This document shows, one piece after another, positions 17,104 to 21,930 of a DNA stretch of 21,930 bases. Positions within the stretch are counted from its first letter, which is position 1. Each line of letters begins with the position of its first letter. The DNA is taken from the NCBI GenBank assembly GCA_049903315.1, contig JBNGBT010000019.1:1-21930 (forward strand), read 5' to 3'. Source of the stretch: Candidatus Cloacimonadota bacterium. GTDB taxonomy: Bacteria; Cloacimonadota; Cloacimonadia; JGIOTU-2. The translations under genes and the position numbers were made by a program. The notes beneath the pieces are model-generated. The model was not told the DNA's origin, did not search any database, and saw only the letters and a program-made list of their open reading frames with translations.

Positions 17104-17583
17104 TTACAATGAGTTATCTAGATTTTGATTGTTTAAGATATTGGTTAGCATTCCGACTCGTGTTGGTCGAAATCTGTTTCTTTTAATCTCGCGATTTACT
17201 ATTTTGACGAACAATGTGTTTTGTTCACCTACATGTTTTGCAAACGCATTAATTGCTGCATATCGCACTATCCAATCTGTATGATTTTTAGCAAGATAAA
17301 TAATATCATTTTCACACCCTTCATTATTTGGTATTCCATCAGAAATACAATTTATTAGCAACAAGTATAAGTCTTCAGAATAGCAATGAACATATACTCG
17401 ACCAAGAAAACTTCTACACAGATTCTGATTTGTTATAAATATTAATAACTTAGCAGGATTAGATAACCGCAAAGATCTGAATGCTGACTTGTGTATTGAA
17501 ATGTTTGATAAAGCTATACTTACAAACATTGTAATAATACTTACAGCTAAAATACTTAACAATATGTGAATTATTGGTTCCAA
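17104..17583 (-). CDS. Hypothetical protein, N-terminal TM helix plus helical (HEAT-like) C-terminus
   Basis: The track gives 17104-17631, but GGAGGT overlapping the upstream stop followed by TTG at 17583 gives MEPIIHILLSILAVSIITMFV and removes a 47-nt overlap. WIVRYAAINAF resembles a HEAT/PBS-lyase repeat. Confidence 0.65.
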   Translation of the reverse strand: MEPIIHILLSILAVSIITMFVSIALSNISIHKSAFRSLRLSNPAKLLIFITNQNLCRSFLGRVYVHCYSEDLYLLLINCISDGIPNNEGCENDIIYLAKNHTDWIVRYAAINAFAKHVGEQNTLFVKIVNREIKRNRFRPTRVGMLTNILNNQNLDNSL

Positions 17584-17584
17584 T

Positions 17585-18010
17585 TCACCTCCAGATTGCA
17601 GCCGGCAATGACAGGAGAATAATTGATCCAATTGTCAATCCAACTCCAACAACTTTAAAGATGATCACATCTCCGAAAATATCTGAGGACATCCTTCTAA
17701 TATACCATCCACATTCTGTTATTATGTAAAATAAAAACTGTATGACAGAAAGAAATAGTAACATAATGGTACATGGAATCGTAGATTCTGGATACATTGG
17801 GTACAGCATTAATTGAATTTCACAACCACTCGTATTACATATCATTATCCCGTCGGTCCATAAGTATTCCAGAAACAGACAGATACTGTACCCATATCCA
17901 AAGACAGCGACAAAACTAGGTATTTTCTTAATTGTTTGAGGTTTTTTAGGTAGTAGAGGTAGTACAATTCCAAATATACCTAGTAAGAATAATCTTAGTG
18001 TGCCTATCAT
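17585..18010 (-). CDS. Hypothetical integral membrane protein (~4 TM, 141 aa)
   Basis: Four hydrophobic segments; begins 9 nt after the receiver gene stop. Confidence 0.7.
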   Translation of the reverse strand: MIGTLRLFLLGIFGIVLPLLPKKPQTIKKIPSFVAVFGYGYSICLFLEYLWTDGIMICNTSGCEIQLMLYPMYPESTIPCTIMLLFLSVIQFLFYIITECGWYIRRMSSDIFGDVIIFKVVGVGLTIGSIILLSLPAAIWR

Positions 18011-18019
18011 GACGTACTC

Positions 18020-18490
18020 TTATCCAATTCTACGTTTAACCATTTTAACAATTGCCTCTATTCCGTCCGTGTCTTTTTTGAGATAATTCGCACCAAGATT
18101 TTTAACTTTCATTTCAACATCTTTTTTATCTAAAATTGAGAAAACATATAATGGTACCCCAACATGGTTTGGATATACTCCATTAATCAAGTCATTTACT
18201 ATTCGAATACCAGTTTCTTTTGCGCTATTCAGAGGTCGTTTCCCGGCTTTAAACTCTTCTTGAATTTTCTCATAATTTTCCATTGTTAAGTTCACTACTG
18301 GAACCATCACATCAATGATAACTGCACTAAGGAAGTTATTAGATAATAATTCATTTTCTGCATCAACTTCTGTCATTGCGGAAATGCATTCAATCTCATT
18401 TTTATTAAACTCCTCTATAAGACCATGTTGGAAATAATCATCGTCTTCAATAATTAATACAATTTTTACTTCTCCTGAACAATCTTTCAT
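18020..18490 (-). CDS. Single-domain response regulator (receiver)
   Basis: VLIIEDD acidic pocket, AVIIDVMVP phospho-acceptor Asp, PLYVFS, GANYLKK. No output domain. Confidence 0.9.
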   Translation of the reverse strand: MKDCSGEVKIVLIIEDDDYFQHGLIEEFNKNEIECISAMTEVDAENELLSNNFLSAVIIDVMVPVVNLTMENYEKIQEEFKAGKRPLNSAKETGIRIVNDLINGVYPNHVGVPLYVFSILDKKDVEMKVKNLGANYLKKDTDGIEAIVKMVKRRIG

Positions 18491-18493
18491 TTT

Positions 18494-19558
18494 CTATCCT
18501 TGTGGGAACAATAATCTAACAGTAGACTTGTATTGTTTGCTTGGTTCAATAATTGCTCTACCTCCGTGCTTCCTCATAATCTCCAAAACGAAATACAAAC
18601 CTAATCCAGATCCATCTGGAATAAATACTTCTGCGTCTTTTGTCCTGAATCCCTTAGTAAATACATTAGGCTCACATGGAGGTAAACAGGTTGAGTCTAT
18701 TGGAATTCCTTCATTCGAGATGTGTAGACTATGATATGATCTACTAGTGGAAGAAAAAACCATAATCTGCGTGTTATTATAACTGTACTTAATTGCATTA
18801 TCAAGTACACAAAATAGTACCATTGAAAGTGCTGTATTATCTACTAAAAGAGCTGGCAAACTGTTAACAGACTCACTATCTATTTGGATTTTAATATTTT
18901 TCTCCAAAGCATATTGTTGTAAATCGATTACAAGGGCAAACACCAAATCTGCGATCTGTTGTTCGACAAGCCTCTCACTAAATTTAACTGACGGTATTCC
19001 AAGAATATAAGACATATATCTTAGATTATTTGCAAGTAGCAATGCGATGTTTGAACTTCCAATTATTGATTTAAGAATTATTTCTCTGTTTACTAATACC
19101 GACTTCTCATTTAGCAATCTTTTTGCACCACTCTGAATCCCAAGTAATGGAGTTTTTAACTGATGGGAAATTGATGCTTCTGCCTCAACCTTGTCAGTTA
19201 CATCTACTACTATCCCATCATAATACTCTATCTCTTTCAATTCATTAAAACATGCTTTCGCAGTCACTTCAACGTATATCGATTTTCCATTTCTGTGCTT
19301 AAGATGTAGCTGTTTCCCACTAACGATTCCTGTGGCTTGAATTTCTCTTTCAAATTCTACTCTAGCACTAGGATGGTGATATAAATCTCCCATTGTCATG
19401 TTGATTAACCTATCATGTGAGTAGCCTGTAATAGATTCAACCGCTACGTTAAAATAGACAAACCTTCCATTCATACCAGGTTGATTTCTATACACACCTG
19501 CGTTAAGATGCCCAACTAGCTGCCATAGTGCCAATAGCTGTTCTTCATTTGGCATCAT
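18494..19558 (-). CDS. Cytoplasmic PAS-domain sensor histidine kinase
   Basis: PAS/PAC (FVYFN..ESITGYS..L, GKSIYVEV..DGIVVDVTD); H-box SHQLKTPL; N-box LDNAIKYS; G1 NEGIPI; F-box VFTKGFR; G2 GSGLGL. No TM segment. Confidence 0.93.
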   Translation of the reverse strand: MMPNEEQLLALWQLVGHLNAGVYRNQPGMNGRFVYFNVAVESITGYSHDRLINMTMGDLYHHPSARVEFEREIQATGIVSGKQLHLKHRNGKSIYVEVTAKACFNELKEIEYYDGIVVDVTDKVEAEASISHQLKTPLLGIQSGAKRLLNEKSVLVNREIILKSIIGSSNIALLLANNLRYMSYILGIPSVKFSERLVEQQIADLVFALVIDLQQYALEKNIKIQIDSESVNSLPALLVDNTALSMVLFCVLDNAIKYSYNNTQIMVFSSTSRSYHSLHISNEGIPIDSTCLPPCEPNVFTKGFRTKDAEVFIPDGSGLGLYFVLEIMRKHGGRAIIEPSKQYKSTVRLLFPQG

Positions 19559-19894
19559 AAATAGATTTCCCTCGTTTCGTAATGATATTAAAAAATATTA
19601 AATCAAACACTATATTCATTTTGTATATAATTTGTTTTTGGTTTCCTAATTCATTAAGGAGCACCTAATGAAATGATGATTTTCTAAAGTTATCCTAAGT
19701 TGATTGACACAACATTGAAATACAATTACATAATTATCGCATATTCATACAACTCAAATAAAAAATAAGTTTGTAAATTATTTAATCCATCTATATGTCA
19801 CAAATTTTCATTACCATTAATAACTCTAAACTCTTTTTTAACATTCGCAACTTGTAAAACCCAGTCTATTCTCATTAAAACAATATGGATATTT

Positions 19895-20708
19895 CTAGTT
19901 TTCTAAATCCCTTTTTATACTCGCTTTTAGATACTCTTTCCTATCATGACCTTCAATCTGATCTATCCCATCCTCCTTCAAGGCTTGCATAGTATCGCTA
20001 AAACAATCGACATATCTAAACCAAAACCAAATCTCAATGTGAATTTTACCGTTTTTAAAAATATAATAGCTACCAACATGGCTATACCCCATAACCCTTG
20101 TTGGTACTCCAGTAACAATGTCATTCTTATTATGAAATCTGAAGAATCTGGATTAGTATTCAGAGTTAAAGAAAAAAAGATGTGTCCTTTGTCATCACCC
20201 GCTGCTGTCCAAAAGTGTAAACACTTGTAAATGGTTCATCTTCATGTCTGAACTTCGCAGTTGCATTTATTACTATTGCACCACCTAAGCTATGCCGAAC
20301 AATGAATTGTGGGTGATTTTAATATTTATTTAACTCACAATATCTCGTGTAGAGTTTATCCCACACATCTTCCACAGACAGCCAAAATCAACAATAAAGT
20401 TCTGCAAAAAGCTCTTTGGTTGCAAAAACACTTATATTGTGAAGGCAGTCGTTTAGCTCACTCGAACCTCTAATAACCGGGCAAAAATAATTTTCATGTT
20501 CAATTAAGGCAGCTTGTGCTGATTTTTTTATCAAGCCCAAGAAATGAGATAAACTCCTCATCATTGTTTTTCAACGATGCAATTTATTTTCTTCATCAGA
20601 TTTTTGATTCTAGTTTGATATTTTTGTATAAACTACTTTTGAAATTCTTGCCTTTCAATAGTCATCTCCTTGATCAATTGATGTTTTGCAAGGTGATACG
20701 TTTATCAA
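19895..20708 (-). pseudogene. Degraded class-3 (fungal-type) lipase
   Basis: Stitching minus-strand frames across several stops and frameshifts gives SAQAALIEHENY..IRGSSE, FWLSVEDVW, FIVRHSLGGA (20297-20277; GHSLGG with G>R), VYTFGQQR, FFRFHNKNDIVTGVP..MGYSHVG, IEGHD..Y. AGAGG + TTG start at 20708. The track ORF 19895-20092 is its C-terminal piece. Confidence 0.88.
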
Positions 20709-21049
20709 AAATTCCTCTTAAATTGGTTTAATCTGTGCCAAGATGAAAACTGTATTCACATTTGAGCAGTATGCCGACTGCGAAAATGTTGTATTGTTAT
20801 GATTTGGATTAGAGTTCCAAGCTGTTCGACTAATTATATGAATTCAGTTCTTAACTGCCAACTATAATGTAACTATTATAGTCAATTATTAGTTAGTATA
20901 AAATATTTTAACGCCACGGATATAGGGATTAGAAGTTTTTTTGATTATAATTAAATAGTAAGTGTACGTATAGGTTAAGCAGCATCTTTTCTATAAATTA
21001 GTGAACCAAGATTCTCTGGTTTAACATTTTTTCTGCTTAAGTACAGCCT

Positions 21050-21784
21050 GCCAACAGCGATCACGTCATTGATTTCAATCAACACCAAGGTATGGACCAC
21101 CACGCATGACAGTTCTATTGCGCCGTGAGTTTGGTCATATCAACCCAAAAGCGCATTGAACGACTTTACAATATGGTTGGATTGCAGATCATTCCTCGTG
21201 TAAGCGAAAGAAATTGCGTCAGAGATCAAATAGGGTTCCAATGCCGGTACCAACGGGCCTAAACCAGTGCTGGAGTATGGATTTCATGCATGATTGATTT
21301 CATGGTGGCAGAAAGTTCAGAATGTTGAACACACTGGATGATTTCAGTAAGGAATGCATAAGGATAGAAGTTGATCATTAACGGTCAATCGAGTGGTTGC
21401 TGTTCTGGATCAGCTCAAAGAATCGAGAGGGCTACCAGCGTTTATTGTTGTAGATAATGGATCAGAATTTACTAGCAGAGCAATGAGCGCTTGGGAAGAG
21501 CAGTATGCAACTGAATTATGTTTCATTCAACCAGGAAAACCGACACAGAATGCTTTTGTGGAAAGCTTTAATTGGAAGATGCGGGATGAGTGTTTAAATG
21601 AGAACTATTTTATTAGTTTGAGTGATGCTCGTGAGAAAATTGAAAACTGGCGGATTGATTACAATGTAAATTGACCTCACAGCTCTTTGAAGAACTTGAC
21701 TCCCGGGGGGGTTAGACACAAATGGGAGCTTGAAAGTAAGAAATAACTAACTCTTTCTGTGGCTTAGTTAAAGGGGGAAGGTCA
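21050..21784 (+). mobile_element. Truncated, degraded IS3-family (IS407-like) element: orfB remnant plus right end
   Basis: [86 protein letters not shown] with stops and frameshifts. Ends GGGGGAAGGTCA at 21784. orfA and the left end are absent, so the left boundary is approximate. Confidence 0.9.
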
Positions 21785-21930
21785 ATTGCTTTCAAAATAA
21801 TCCTGGATTTTGGAGCTCGAAATCATCCGATTCTTGGTAGGGTGGAAGCGAAATAAAGCCAGATCATGAATTATCCTCAGCTAATTCAGTATTCAGGGTT
21901 GACTTCTCCGAGTGTATTTTGTATATTGTT

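Noticed and set aside
19946..20731. Plus-strand ORFs 19946-20230 and 20516-20731
   Set aside because: Antisense shadows of the lipase pseudogene.
20861..20882. Inverted repeat ACTATAAT-N6-ATTATAGT (and AAAAGTGA-N7-TCACTTTT at 16773-16795) as operators
   Set aside because: Single short AT-rich palindromes in very AT-rich DNA, with no cognate regulator in the window.
19895..21784. Stop-codon reassignment explaining in-frame stops
   Set aside because: Stops are of mixed type (TGA, TAA, TAG) and come with frameshifts, while long intact genes read normally in code 11; this is decay.

Overview
AT-rich bacterial DNA whose secreted proteins end in a 'PNPFNP...QKxxLxK' C-terminal domain (T9SS type-A sorting / FlgD-Ig-like) and carry dockerins. 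This suggests an FCB-group organism such as Marinimicrobia (inference). Left to right: (1) an M3-family metallopeptidase on the minus strand running off the left edge, missed by the ORF track; (2) two membrane-anchored hypothetical genes bracketed by related, partly self-complementary non-coding elements resembling a c4/CI-type antisense RNA and its targets; (3) two copies of a two-gene cassette, each a ~450-aa N-terminal-dockerin/Trp-rich repeat protein followed by a large protein ending dockerin - cohesin-like - CTD, sharing an unnamed ~200-aa 'DPW' domain but with different payloads (beta-helix vs M43 metalloprotease + LamG); between the copies lie an intact IS256 element with an 8-bp target duplication and a frameshifted orphan CTD; (4) a decayed accessory zone with a small ORF cut by an orphan IS21-like end, an intact PAS histidine kinase - receiver - two membrane protein operon, a class-3 lipase pseudogene and an IS3 remnant. 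The best candidate for an undescribed system is the repeated non-cellulosomal dockerin/cohesin cassette. All calls come from reading motifs by eye; no database search was run.
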